From assembly GCA_964106645.2 (NCBI GenBank), contig OZ067041.1: DNA of 64,000 bases; one strand, written 5' to 3'. Shown here piece by piece: positions 1 to 12,972 of this stretch; within the stretch, counting starts at the first letter, position 1, and every line of letters begins with the position of its first letter. This DNA is from Podarcis pityusensis (lineage: Eukaryota). The notes under the pieces were generated by a model. That model was not told the origin of the DNA, made no database searches, and saw nothing but the letters and a program-made list of their open reading frames with translations. The position numbers were made by a program, and so were the translations under genes.

Positions 1-199
1 GAATGTTACTTCAACACAGTCTTGAGTTTCCACATGACTATCAGGAAGGTGGGAAGTTTGCAGTGTGTTGCTAAAGCTGATGATAGGGGCTTTCTTTGTT
101 ATTTTTTAGGGATGGAAGAGTTCACATTTAAGTTCCAGTTCACATTAAAAGCTGAACCTGCTATATTTGCCCTTACCAAAACAGGACATGAACAGCAAC

Positions 200-505
200 A
201 GAAATCAGTTTAATTTTGCAGTGCAGTTTTGCAGTCAAGTAGTGTGTACAAAAATGCATATACTAGGGTATAGTGAAATGCATATATTAGTGAAAGGAAG
301 ATATAAAAATGCATTCGGGGAAATTATTTTGCAAAAATTGGTGTATTAGGCAAAATCTGCATAGAAACAGGTACATTATGTGAACTTTGCACGGAAATGT
401 AGATGCTATTCTTGAGGACTATAAAAAAACAGAGGTGGAAATTTGGAGAACTGAGCTTAAGATAGGAGAAATGAGAATCCGAGATTGCCGAATTTGACCA
501 TCCCT
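200..505. repeat. AT-rich dispersed repeat (probable old DNA transposon)
   Basis: Homologous blocks (aaaatgcatatac..gggaaatt..ttgcaaaaa..gagaaatgag) at about 2625-2990 (inverted) and 50340-50720. Confidence 0.55.
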
Positions 506-659
506 ATTTATGAAAATACTGTAGGCGTCTGGTTGGCCATTGTGAGAACAGGATGTTGTGAGAACAGATGGACCTTTGGTCTGATCCAGCAGAATTTTTT
601 TATGTTCTAAGCGTTTGTTGAGCTCCTAAGAATTTAAGCAGTCTTGGCTTCTTTTGCAG

Positions 660-995
660 GTGCAACACAGGTGATTCACGAGCGGTTTCGGAACATCACA
701 GCAGGAGAAAATGTCACTTTGCAATGTCGTCTGGCCAAAAAGCACGACGTTGTTCAGATCACCTGGCAGCAGGAGCAGGGGGAACAAGAGACCAACATGG
801 CTACTTACAGTGAGGCTGGTGGCACTACAATACTGAGTAAATTCAAAAGAAATGTCCACATGTCCCAAAGTGGACTGATGGTTTCTGCTATCACCTTCCA
901 TGCTGTTACACTCAAGGATGAAGGCTGTTACAAGTGCATCTTCAATGTATTTCCCATAGGACCCATCACAGGCAGGACATGTCTCAAGGTCTATG
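660..995 (+). CDS. CD200-like (OX-2-like) paralog, IgV exon
   Basis: ttttgcag|G acceptor and G|gtaag donor, phase 1/1, 336 nt. Translation has IgV hallmarks (VTLQC, ITW, DEGCYKC) and the CD200-family C-terminal motif GCYKCIFNVFPIGPITGRTCLKVY. Confidence 0.93.
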
Positions 996-1332
996 GTAAG
1001 AGTCATATGATCTTAGAGGAAGCCTCCGATCTTACTGGAAGGCCAACAATGCCATATTATTTCTTTTCAGCAAGCACATTTGTACTTGAAAGGGCAACGT
1101 TTCCTACATCAACCCTTCCCATGCTCTCAGATCAGCAGAGGGGGCTCTCTCTTTTTTACATCCAATGGCAATGACAGATACAGCCTTCCCTTGGTGGTGC
1201 CTTGTACTTATGAGTATACCAAGACCTCTTGACATTTCAGCACCAAGTGAAAGATGTACCTGCTTTCTCAGGCTTCTTAGTTTTTAATTAGCAGTTACAA
1301 AGACATTTTAACTAGCTTCTTTTGTTTTAAAG

Positions 1333-1650
1333 CTCTAACACAACCCCAAGTGATGGTGAGGGGTGTATTGGATCCAGGCAATTTTGAAGAAGAAGTGGTG
1401 GAGATAAGCTGCTCAGCAACAGGGAGACCAGCTCCAGAGATCACCTGGAAGGTCACCAAACCTCTTCTGGTGGAGCCAAAGCAGTATGTCACCCAGCACC
1501 TAAACCAGACAGTGACTGTTGTCAGCAATTTTTCTTATGTCTTCCGCAAAGATGTCTGGGACAACACAATAAGCTGTGTTGTTCATCATCCATCTTTAAA
1601 CACTGAACAAGAGGTGACTTTACCTGGGATTATACCTGGGATTATACATG
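1333..1650 (+). CDS. CD200-like paralog, IgC exon
   Basis: tttgttttaaag|CT acceptor, G|gtgagt donor, phase 1/1, 318 nt. Encodes ISCSATGRPAPEITW...NQTVTVVSNF...ISCVVHHP, a C-type Ig domain. Confidence 0.92.
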
Positions 1651-2216
1651 GTGAGTTTGAATTTAGATGATTCTGGGTTTAATTTACTTACTCTTTTTTT
1701 TTAAAAGCTGATTGCATAGAACATTAAAAAAGAAGAAGACAACTTGATTGCAGGGTGTGCCCATCACCTCTAGTCTTTTAGCCACTTTTCTTCAGGGTGC
1801 TTGAAATTTTGTGGCTCGTTGTGATCCGCATTGTTGGGCACAGGTTTCCCCATGAGTGGAGGGTCCTGCTTTTGGCCAAATCAGTAGTTCTATAACATTA
1901 CTTTTACTTGGCACTCCCAATATTTTTTAGCACTCTGTAGAATATGCATCTTCTAAATGCACCACCAATGCCACAATCTGAACAAAACATGGATTTTTTT
2001 GGAGGTGGGGTATACGAAAGAGATTTTGAAGACCATACTACACTTTTGGAATAGCTAAAAATGAGACATTGTTTTCTGGTCGGTTGAAAGAAAGGCAGCT
2101 TCACAAATCATTATCTTACATGTGTTAAAATCCAGGCAGAAGATGGGGAGTGTTGACTGTGGTTCTGGCTGTGTTGTTTATATAATGTGATGAATCTTTC
2201 CATGATAAAATACATA

Positions 2217-2367
2217 CAGTGATACCTCAGGTTACATACGCTTCAGGTTACATACGCTTCAGGATACAGACTCTGCTAACCCAGAAATAGTGCTTCAGGT
2301 TAAGAACAGTTTCAGGTTAAGAACAGACCTCCAGAATGAATTAAGTACTTAACCTGAGGTACCACTG
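2217..2367. mobile_element. Tc1/mariner (Tigger-like) MITE, internally deleted
   Basis: TA|cagtgatacctcaggtta...taacctgaggtaccactg|TA. Confidence 0.85.
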
Positions 2368-2456
2368 TACGTTTATAAAGAAATGACATGTTAGGAAACA
2401 AGATAGTACTTATGCCATGGCACTTCCTCAGATACTGTGCATATGCCAGTGGTAGC

Positions 2457-2497
<41 letters not shown>

Positions 2498-3098
2498 CTT
2501 GTATGACCAGCATCCACACCTGCCTACAGCACAGATGTTATAGTGCTGCCAAAATGCACACCTTTCATGACACACAGTGTAGATCTTGGGGATCAGTTAA
2601 AGAAATGGAGGGACAAATCTATCAGTTTCAGTTTCTCTCAGTTTCTCATTTTCCCAGTCTGAGATACATTTTTCTACATCAGTTTTTAAGTCCTCGTGAC
2701 ATTTCAACAGCATTTTAGTGCTAATGTCTCATAATGTACACATGTCTGTCTGCACATTTGCATGATATACACATTTTACAAGGCAGGTTCCCTTAAATAA
2801 TGTGTTTTAGTATGCTATTTTCACTTATGTATGCATTTTTATGCGCACATTTCCCCAACATATGTACCTTTGCACATGCTACTTGGCTGGAGAACGACAT
2901 TGCAAAATTCAGATAAGTGTAATTTTTGAAGGATGGCTGTGTTTGGGTTCATGTATTGTTTTTAAACTACTAAGTGAATTGAAATTCCTCCCTATTGGTA
3001 TACATCTGCTGAGCTTATTATGTATAGACATAAAGCCATTTTCCACTACTTTTTCTGGTGCTGTTTCAGTAGCAATTCTTATTTATTTATTTTTGCAG

Positions 3099-3250
3099 TT
3101 CAAAATGAAGATCTGCTGCCCGGAACTTCTGCCACTATTGCCATTTGCATTTTGGTGGCCATCTTTTCCCTTGGTCTATTGCTCTTTTTTATCTGGTACC
3201 GCTGGAGGAGGCTACACCCAGCCAATGAGAAGCAAGACCTTCTATGCATG
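3099..3250 (+). CDS. CD200-like paralog, transmembrane/proximal tail exon
   Basis: ttttgcag|TT acceptor, phase 1. Encodes VQNEDLLPGTSATIAICILVAIFSLGLLLFFIWYRWRRLHPANEKQDLLCM (hydrophobic helix plus basic stop-transfer). Probable phase-0 donor ATG|gtaaat. Confidence 0.85.
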
Positions 3251-3302
3251 GTAAATATATTGATTGATTGATTGATTGATTGGTTGGTTGCTTGACTGAG
3301 TC

Positions 3303-3345
<43 letters not shown>

Positions 3346-3580
3346 ATTTGACAAAGTTGTACAAAAAAGTTTTTTTGAAGAAATTATCCACAAGACTTAA
3401 GATTTCAGGCTTCTAGACAGCCAGAAAACTGAATTTCAAAAACAAGATTCAAAAGTTGAATTTGAATTCTAAAATATTGCTGCATTTTGTTTTTTGTTTG
3501 TTTTGTTTAAAAAACCTCCAAACTTCTTAATGCCTTCTTAAGTAGCAAAAGTTTACCATCCAGCCTCTTTTATGTTCTAG

Positions 3581-3649
3581 ATATTGAGGCAATTGATTTT
3601 GCTGTCCTACAGAGCATCCTTAGGTGGCAACCATCATAAAGTTCACTAG
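3581..3649 (+). CDS. CD200-like paralog, putative terminal coding exon
   Basis: cctcttttatgttctag| acceptor. Phase-0 frame gives ILRQLILLSYRASLGGNHHKVH*. AATAAA at 3911 and 4491 downstream. The alternative is read-through to TGA at 3271. Confidence 0.45.
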   Translation: MLRQLILLSYRASLGGNHHKVH

Positions 3650-5544
3650 TAACTTGGCACCTCGGAATGTTTGTAATGCTTCAACATTCTGTAGAATTGA
3701 CAGAGAAGGAAGAGAAAAATTGGTACAAGCTTTACAGCAGGAATGGTTCATAAACTTTCCAGCCTAAGCTGCAATACTAGAAGGTGCCCTTTCTCCATTC
3801 TGTGTACAGAAGTCTACTGGACTAGCAGTTGAATCTGATTTCAGAACTGGTGGTGGAACAGCAGACTAGCTTAGGGGATGATGGGTAGACCATGTAGTAC
3901 ATGCAACTCCAATAAAGGGGACCATTGAAGCAGGCCACCAGTTCTTACCAGCACCTGCTCTCTGAGGTCCTCTGCGTAACAGTAGGGATGGCCCTGCTGC
4001 AAAAACTAAACTCCTTTGCATCTTTAGAAGTCATCATACTTGCCAATGGTTTGAAGCCAATATATATGGTCAATGTGAGAAGATATTTCCCTGCTGCAGT
4101 TTCTGAAGAGAACACATTTACATGCAAAAGTCAGCGTTCTTGAACTGCCCATCTAGTTCACCATCTTTAAAGTAAAATCTGTCTCTGTTGATAGGTTCTT
4201 TCTGTATGTCCTGGATGCACGACGGGTGCAAGCTATTCCTATACTCAGGAACAAGTTGTAGTGGAACCATTTCCTGAAGAAAGCCCTCTGAACAGATGAA
4301 ATATATTTTGGACAAACAACACCAGACTTTTTAGAATGTGAACTCAGAATGTTTCTGTGTGAACAGAGAATTGCCTGCTGGATTCTATATTATGTTCATA
4401 TAAAATCTTCAGTAGGATCTTCAGGAATTAAGCTACGTTGCGCAATATTGTGATTATTTATTTGAAAAATCTGTTTATATAGACTAGAATAATAAAAACA
4501 GAACATATTTATTTGCTACATATTTTATGCATTGTGGCCACTGGAATTCTGAAACTGTGAACTCCGAGGGCCAGTTTGCTGTTGTGACACTTAAAAATAC
4601 ATTGGAAATTCAAATGAAAAATGACTCAGTCCATCTGATAAAAGTGAGACAGACATGACTGGCTTGAAGATAAAGTTCTGATTCTGTTGCTGGGTTAAGG
4701 CAGGTGACATGTATGGAAAACACATATCAAAATACTTCAAGACCATTAAGGGAAAAAGGAAACTCGTTGAACCTCTTTACATCATGAGTATATATGTGAG
4801 GCAGTCACAATAAAACATCTCACTAAATATTGAGAAAGCTTGGGTGTATATGTTATATTGGTGAATCATAATAAGAAAAAAAAAATAGATGACTCTCATT
4901 CACCCCGACCTTTGCTAGTGATCAGGGCTGCTCCCTATTTTCTGGTATCTAAACCTGGTAGAACGCTTCTGGTTTGCCTTTTGGAAAGATGTTAGGATGC
5001 TTTAAAAAATACACCAAAGGGTGGTTCTAAGCTGGAGTTGACCTTAAAAGCTCTAAACCATTTGAGACCAGCCACTTTCTCCCATGTATACCTACCTGAG
5101 TCTTGACATCCTCTTCAGAGGTGCTTCTTCAGATGCTTCTGGCAAGTGAAATGAGGCTGGTGACTACCGGGAAGAAGATGCTCTTGGTGGTAGCAGCCGG
5201 TTGTGGAATATTGTAGAACTGTAGAGTTGGAAGAGATGTAGGGTCATCTAGTCCAACCCCCTGTGATGTAGGAATTTCAGCTGGCTGTTATAATTAAACA
5301 ACATGAGGAATCACAGTTCTCATAAAGGTGTCTCAGAGGGTGGCCTCCGAATGAGATTGTTATAATGGTTGCTGTTTTATTTAATTTATTTGTCAGTGGT
5401 TTATATGAGAAAAAGTCTCAAAGCAACTTTCTAAAAACTTTTAGAATCCCTAGTTTTAATGGTGTTAGCAATGTCCCAGTAAGCCAGAGGAGTGAGAGTT
5501 AATCATAAAAGGAAAAGGAGACAAAATCATTATTAGCCTAAGCT

Positions 5545-5783
5545 TCCCCGTGACAGGGTGAGCTCCCGTTGCTCGGTCCCGGCTCCTGCCAACCTAGCAG
5601 TTCAAAAGCACGTCAAAGTGCAAGTAGATAAATAGGTACCACTCCAGCGGGAAGGTAAACGGCGTTTCTGTGCGCTGCTCTGGTTCGCCAGAAGCGGCTT
5701 AGTCATGCCGGCCACATGACCCGGAAGCTGTCTGCGGACAAATGCCGGCTCCCTAACGGTCAGGGGTCCCTTTACCTTTACCT
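5545..5783 (+). mobile_element. Sauria SINE, 5'-truncated
   Basis: ctcccgttgctcggtccc..gcaagtagataaataggtacc..cccggaag core and (ACCTTT)n tail. Confidence 0.9.
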
Positions 5784-6887
5784 TAATATCTCCAGGTGGG
5801 GGCAACAGCTCATTCATAAAAGAAAAGGAAAAATGCCATTGGGGAAAAGTGGTGTCATCATTCAACATACCTTTTCACAGGATAGTCTTGTGAGGGGACC
5901 TCAAACTCCCAATTCTTGCAATGTTCTTTTTTGTCAGACCCCATGCATAAAACTGTGGCTCCTATTTAACTGAAGTCATTGGCTATATAATATTTTATTA
6001 TGCAGTCACATCATATTCCATTCTACACAAATAATGCCAAGAAGAGGGTTGTATTTTCTTGGGCTTGAGTTTAGTTGTCATTTTTAGCTAAATGACTCAT
6101 TGTTGGATGGGAAGAGTGTCTGATGCCATCTGGTGGTGCTTCTGCGATCAACGGCAATGCAAGCTGAAGTCACTTCTGAGCTTCTTAGAGAAACACCACA
6201 GACTTCACCTCTTGCATTTTTGGTCTTCCTCCCTCCTCCACTATTTACATTCCCCCCCCCCAATACTTATAAATGTGTGTGAACTGAGCACGCCTTATGC
6301 CTCTGGAGAAGGTGGCGGTGGTGTGGTTTTGTCAGTGAAAATTCATGCAGCAATATTCATGCACCACCACCTTCTCCAGAGGCATAAGTCATCTGCCTTT
6401 AAGGTGCTATACTTTGTGTGCTTGCTGAAGCATATACAATGCAGAGTCCTTTGAACAGACATATCTGCCAATGTGCAAGGGCACAGTGTAGGGGGGGGCA
6501 GTGGAGCAGTGGTCCAGGGTGCATATTTTTGAGGGGGTGCAATGCAGGCGCCCCTGGTGCAGTGTTCCTCTCCCAGTGTCAGTGGAACCAATAGAGAGGT
6601 TACCAATGGACTATATTGTCTAAATTTGTTCATGCAATAGTGATAGACTTTTATTTTCTGCAAATCTATTACATATTCTCTGTTCAAGAATTGCTACGCT
6701 TCTATTATCGCATGATTACAGGATTGGGACTATTGAAAGGCTTGTTTGCCTCTGTGATATTGATTGATTACCTTCCGTATTTTGTTCATACAATATTGAT
6801 TTATTTTATTATTTGTATCTCCATCATATATTTCTGTTTAAGAATTGTGAAATAATACAGGTTATATATATTTTGTTAGAACATTAT

Positions 6888-7458
6888 TAGCCTCAAAATA
6901 TATAATGAGTTTAAAAAAAAGTTCAGATACACCTTTCCAAAGAGACCTGAAGCATTTATATTAGGAATGATTGGAGTGGAAATACCAAAAATAGATCAAA
7001 AACTGTTTATGTATGCTACAACGGCAGCAAGAATTTTACGAGCCCAAAAATGGAAACAGCAGGAGCTACCAACAATAGAAGAATGGCAGGCGAAAGTAAT
7101 GGAGTATGCGGAAACGGCAAAGCTGACCGGACACATCTGGAACCAGAGTGAGCAAGCGTTCCAGAACGAATGGACTAAATTTATATTATACTTAGAGACT
7201 CACTCTACACATATAAAGACACTAGCAGGACTGAGATAGTGCTCACTTCATGAGAAGAATCAACATTCTATTTCAGACAAGTAACGTTAAATATAGGATG
7301 GAGATGTTATGAATGTGCAAAATAAAATGTAACAAAAGGTAACCAGAAAAAGGATGGAGGGAAGACGAAAGCTCGGCAGAGCAAATGATATAATGGTTGT
7401 TATGTTATGGTATTATATAATTGTTAAAAGTTGAAAATTAATAAAAAATATATACACA
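6888..7458 (+). mobile_element. L1-clade LINE 3' fragment
   Basis: ORF2 C-terminus-like peptide (FMYATTAARIL.AQKWK..PTIEEW...W.KFI.YL), AATAAA/A-rich end, 10-bp TSD AGAACATTAT at 6878 and 7459. Confidence 0.8.
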
Positions 7459-7509
7459 AGAACATTATGTTCGTGTTGCCTGTTATTGCTTAAATAACAA
7501 TATTGCTTA

Positions 7510-7705
7510 GGAGAGGCAGGACTGAGATGTGGAGATATGCTTCAGAGGTCCAGACTATGGAGAGCTCCAAAAAATTAATAATTATAATTTGGATTATAAT
7601 TTGGTCTTCTTTATTTTAGTTTTTTATTTTAATTGGATTATGATTGGATATATTAATTGGATGTTTTTTTATTGGAAAATTAATAAAAGTGATTTTTTTT
7701 AAAAA
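7510..7705 (+). mobile_element. Short LINE 3' fragment
   Basis: Ends in aataaaa and A-run. TSD AAATAACAATATTGCTTA, whose right copy is split by the MITE at 7717. Confidence 0.6.
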
Positions 7706-7716
7706 AAATAACAATA

Positions 7717-7951
7717 CAGTGGTACCTCTGGATACGAACAGGATCCATTCCAGAACCCTGTTCGCATCCTGAAGAGACCGCAACCCGCCCCCGTGCGCGA
7801 TTCGCCGCTTCCGTGCATGACATCATTTTGGCCGTCTGCGCATGCGCAAGTGGTGAAACCTGGAAGTAACATGTTCTGTTACTTCCGGGTCACTGCGGAG
7901 CGCAACCCGAAAGCACTCAACCTGAAGCAACTTCAACCCGAGGTATGACTG
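7717..7951. mobile_element. Tc1/mariner (Tigger-like) MITE
   Basis: TA|cagtggtacctc...cgaggtatgactg|TA. Confidence 0.85.
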
Positions 7952-9094
7952 TATTGCTTAATACTGTCTGTTTTTGCAACACAGGGGATTTCCTTTGTTA
8001 GATACCTCTCCCAGAGTCAGCGGAACCAACAGAGAGGAGCACCGTGTCAGGCCATGCTGGGGGCACGCTGTGGGTGTGCCTCATTCATGCCTGCCAAGTA
8101 CTGTGTTGAGTGGCCAGGCTCCTCCTGTGTGGGTGGGCAGTCAACACAATGTGGCTCTTCTTGTGTGGGGGTCGCTCTGGCGGTGTCAGCGGTGAGGGCT
8201 GGGGGGCTGGGGTGAGATCCTCCACCCTCCACCCTTTGTGACCCATTCCCTGGCACACACACATGCTCCCCCCAGCACGCTTGCCCGCCCCGGGTGCTGG
8301 GAGCTCATGGTACGCGGCTGCCTATGTGTGAACACCAGGATGGGGTTGAGCCGTTATACCATGATGGAATGGAAAGGGAAATAAGTGTAGACCCACTCTT
8401 GACCTTCACATGGTTACAATGGCTTGGAAGACAGGACCTCAAGAGGGCCAAAGAAACAGCCTGCACACGAAAACATATTTGGGTTAAGCATATTGTCTGT
8501 TTCTTCAGGACACAGCCGTTTCAATAATCTATGTAAGAGCCTAAACTGTTTTAAAAGAAATTGAACAAAGTTGGTGCTAGAAGACCAGTATATTATATCG
8601 CCTATTAAGGCCTTCAGACAATGCCGTTACTCTTCCAAAGTCACTAGAGTGGCACTAGCTGTTTAATGAGAACTAATTCAGTGCAATTGTGTTTTGTTTA
8701 CTGCTGTTTCTGCCAATTTCGTCCGAGGCCTTATCTGATCTCAGAACTGGGTGCCCCTTTAAGATCTATGAACTGAATACCTCTTAAAATAGTCTGTTAC
8801 CTCTTGACTTTTTCATTGTTAAACAGGCAGGCAGAAAACAATGCTCTATACAAGAGTATCCTTTTCAAAAACCTGCTTTCCCCTTTATATCAGTTTCATG
8901 AATCTGTGACAATAAAGAAGATGGCTCTTGTACAAATTCAGCAGGAACGCTTAAAAAGCTGACTGGTTTGACTGCTAAGCTTTTTCCTTAACACTGGAAC
9001 AAAAATTATAGATTCATTTCATTGCTTAAGGAAACAGATGTGCTTAATTTTTGTTTATTTTCAAAACGGGGTAGTGCAAATTCATCCAGTAATT

Positions 9095-9138
<44 letters not shown>

Positions 9139-9401
9139 ATATATATATTCCTCTGGAGCTGTTAAAGAGAAGACACCATCATTTTGATGACGTAATTATG
9201 GCTGCTGATAACAATAACAGTAATTTGGAACTGTTAAAGAAGAGGCCATATTATTATAATAATTTATTGGGGGGGATTCAAGGCAACTTACATGTTACAG
9301 TAATATATATTTTAAAAAACCAAAAGAAGTAGTAATTAACATATAAAAAGTAATCAGGACCCTTCCCAAAGGGCACCTGGTGGTAGAGGAGAGAGTTCAG
9401 T

Positions 9402-9524
9402 TATAGAATTAAAGAGTTGGAAGGGACCACAAGAATCATCTAGTCCAACCACCTTCAATGCAAGACTATTTTGCCCAAATCTTTGCCCAAAGATTAAGAG
9501 TCTCATGCTCTACCAACTGAGCTA
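9402..9524 (-). mobile_element. tRNA-Lys-headed SINE with CR1-like tail
   Basis: The minus strand reads tagctcagttggtagagcatgagactcttaatct (tRNA-Lys CTT 5' half), then ggttggactagatga..gtcccttccaactc. Confidence 0.65.
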
Positions 9525-10283
9525 CAGTCTTTACAGAATCTTTTTAATTTGTCAACTTCTCAACCCAAGCCTTTCAAAGCTGAACAGATTTATTGGGGAA
9601 GTGAGATCCCAGAAATGTCTTTCTTTTTCTTTTTTTGTTAAACATGATAGCGTCCTATTCCTCATTTGGCATCTCTTGAGATTTGCTATACACAAGAGCC
9701 CAAAAAATGAGCAGTTGAGAGATTCAGAAGCAAAAATAATACTATGATAATAGTTGGAATAATTTTTTGCATTTTATTTTTTTACGTTTTTCTTAATTTT
9801 TGACATTAACATAACAATAACAAAGAAATAAACAAGGGAAGAGACCAAGGCTGGGCAATACATTTTTGCACCTGAGTCAAACCAGAAAATGGCTGAGTTT
9901 GGTTTGAACCAGGGGTCAATTTCTCTTGCAAAACCTATTTCCAAACTGTGAAAAGTGTGGAATGAATGGATGAGAGAAATATTTTGTGAACAATTCAGAA
10001 ATGAAGATGGGATCAGTGCCCGATTTAGGGTATCATAGGATGATTTCACCGCAAGGGGCACTAAGCCGAGGGCACACAAAATTATAATAAATAAAAAAGG
10101 AATTATTGTGTAAATAATAAATATTTAAGTGGAGGACACCAAATTTTGTCCTTGCCATAGGAAATGTCCAGGGGTTTGGGGGGTATTTATTGGGGGGGGT
10201 GGCTCAGGTGTGGGCAGCTTGGGTGCAGGCTGCTCTGCATGCCATGGCTGCTGCCAGCCTGAGCCAGCAAAAGAGGCCTGCAT

Positions 10284-10578
10284 GAGAGCCAGTGTGGTGT
10301 AGTGGTTAAGAGCGATAGACTCACAATCTGGGGAACCGGGTTCGCGACTCCACTCCTCCACATGCAGCTGCTGGGTGACCTTGGGCTAGTCACGCTTCTT
10401 TGAAGTCTCTCAGCCCCACTCACCTCACAGAGTGTTTGTTGTGGGGGAGGAAGGGAAACAAGAATGTTAGCCACTTTGAGACTCCTTCGGGTAGTGATAA
10501 AGTGGGATATCAAATCCAAACTCTTCTTCTTCTTCTTCTTCTTCTTCTTCTTCTTCTTCTTCTTCTTCTTCTTCTTCT
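10284..10578 (+). mobile_element. tRNA-derived SINE with (CTT)n tail (Squam3/MIR-like)
   Basis: gagagccagtgtggtgtagtggttaagagc (A box), ggttcgcgactcc (B box), CORE-like body, long (CTT)n tail. Confidence 0.85.
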
Positions 10579-10750
10579 CCTCTTTCTCCCATTCGGTCTG
10601 GTAGCATCTCAGGCTGTCCTCTTTTTGTTCTTCAAGATATGGCAACTATATATATCCTGTATGTGAACTTCGTGCAAGGAAATCAGGAAGAAAGCTCGAT
10701 AAACCAGTCATCTAGGAGCTCTAAGAGCAGCAATCAAATTTGTGTTCCTT

Positions 10751-10805
10751 AGGAAGTGGCAGCTGGATGACTCAAAGAGCTATTATGACTCAAAGAGCTA
10801 TTATG
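10751..10805 (+). promoter_or_regulatory. Candidate ETS/E-box/double AP-1 enhancer upstream of CD200
   Basis: AGGAAGTG (10751), CAGCTG (10760), and TGACTCA twice (10768, 10786) within an 18-bp tandem duplication. Confidence 0.35.
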
Positions 10806-12585
10806 CAAGAATGCAACCCAGACCATTCTTCCAGACCGCCTTGCTCACTCACTGGCTGCACACATGAGAGGAGGAGGCTGAGGTTGGTTAGAAGTTGGGT
10901 TGCCATATTTTAAAAAGTAAAATTCCTGACGCCCGCAAAATTGTGATTTCCCCATTTTTACACCCCAAAACCAGGACATGTCAGGAATTACCATGACTTA
11001 TGGCAATCCTAGTGACAAATTTTCAGTTCCTTTTTTCCCATGAATATTCAAAACAGAATCTAAAATGTAGTTCCTTATTGGGGATGCTCATTCAGTATTG
11101 TATAAAAGGCGGGACGAACAAATTGGGAACGAGTAACCAACTCCAGTCAGGTCCTAAAGGGCATCTGTTAAGACAAGAATGCAGAAACACAGAAAGCTGC
11201 CTTAAATTGAGTCAGATCATTGGCCTATCTACTTGGAGATGACAGGATTTGAAAGCTGAGGTGTTCTGCGTGCAACACAGAAGCTCTACCAGTAGCTGAG
11301 GCTCCTGAACAGCTGAGGCTGTTGTTAGTGTTTTATTTTAGATCTTGTGATTTATGTGGAAATTGTTGTTTGACTGTGTATTTTTTAATGTTTGGTTTAT
11401 TGTTTATGACTACTTTTGCTATGTTGCAGTTAATGTATTTAACTGTTGTATTTTTTCCCCATGGTGTAGGCCATCATGGTTTAAATGGTATGGATGTATG
11501 TATGTATATATGTCTGTATGTACCACTGAGTTAATGCCCTCCCCCGATGAAAGCTGCTATGGAGATTTTCTCCTTCGTAATACTAGACTAGAGCTCCAAG
11601 CATCAGCCAATCAAGATGCAGGGAACTGAGGAGCACAGGAAGCTTCCTTATCCCAAGTTGGACAATTGGTCCACCTAGCTCAATAGTATCAACACCGGGG
11701 ATGGGGTGCATAAAGGCCACCCCCACTTCTGGGCAAACCTCTAAGGTCCAAATGCCTGCGGTGATGGAGGCAGAGGCAAACATGGGCACAGCATTGAGTA
11801 TACATTTCTTCTTTGCGTAGTAGGGACATCTCCTCATTGCTTGTAGTTTCTCTTACTCCTTCTATGTGTGCCAGCTATGCCTCTGTGTACCAACTGCCTT
11901 GCATTTACAATATTAAGAAACAATATTTAATACTCCGGCTCTGTAGAATATATAGGGTGGTATTCAAACATGTTTTACTCTTAGCAGATCCACTGAAATG
12001 AATGAACGTGCCTAAGTTAGAGCCATTACAGTAATTTCAATAGGGCTACTCCTGAGTAAAACTTACTTGACTACAACCCATAGGTCATTTCTTACTTTAG
12101 AATATTCTATGGTCTCAGGACTTTGGGATTTGTTTAAAGCACAGTCATAAAATAGAACAGGAACAGTAGTAAAGACCTCGGATTTTTATTTAAAGCATTT
12201 CCCTAGTAAAGGGCATCATTAGTTAGGGCCCCTGATAATCCCACAAACATTTTATACAAATATCCTTTCCTTTCTTTAACTATATGCTCCCCACCATAGT
12301 CACACATCTAGCAGAAGCATCATTTTTCAAAACAGATGCTAATAAGATAATGGCCAATTTGTGCTCTCAGTTACTGCTCTATAATCTCTGTTTAGCTCTA
12401 AGAGCATGCTTTAGACTTCTGTCTCTCATAGTTCACTGCCCACCCCCCAACCATTAGGGAGGGAGGAGACGGGAGATTAGACATTCCCAACGCATTTTCC
12501 TGCTTTCCTTTTCCACACTGTGGCTTTTCCAGCCTTCACTGGAGGTAGCAACTGCCCTCGTGTGCACTCTTCTTCATACCAGAGC

Positions 12586-12597
12586 ATGCGTCCCAAG
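12586..12597 (+). CDS. CD200: CD200 exon 1 (MRPK)
   Basis: agcATG CGT CCC AAG|gtaaga: 12 coding nt, phase 0, matching the 4-codon first exon (MERL) of human CD200 as I recall it. Confidence 0.75.
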
Positions 12598-12972
12598 GTA
12601 AGATGCTTGCTGTGATGCCAGTCCAAGGCACAAGCTTGGGGATTTGTCTCTGAACATAGGGAGAAAGTAAAGAGAAAGTGCCTGCATGTTCTCAAATGAG
12701 GCTGAAATTGGTGTTTGCTTAAATCGGTCCAAAGCCGTACTGCCTGAATTCAATTTGCCTCCGGCATTCAATTAGCTCAAGAGTAGTGGCGCAATTAGTT
12801 TTAGCCTCTGGATTCAAATAGGCTTACGAGGGGCACATCTCACTTTAGATAGTCATGCATGGTGTGCTCACTTCAAAATGTGGTAATCCAAGATTGCTGC
12901 ATTTGGAAGCCCTTCTGCTCAGCTGCCTGGAGTGGGGCCCAGCCCTGCCCTGGTGATGCCATTGCTCAGGAG

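Noticed and set aside
10187-10666. Poly-Lys / poly-Leu ORFs (similar ORFs at 35875-36526, 21040-21751, 52454-52747)
   Set aside because: Spurious translations of SINE bodies and (CTT)n tails.
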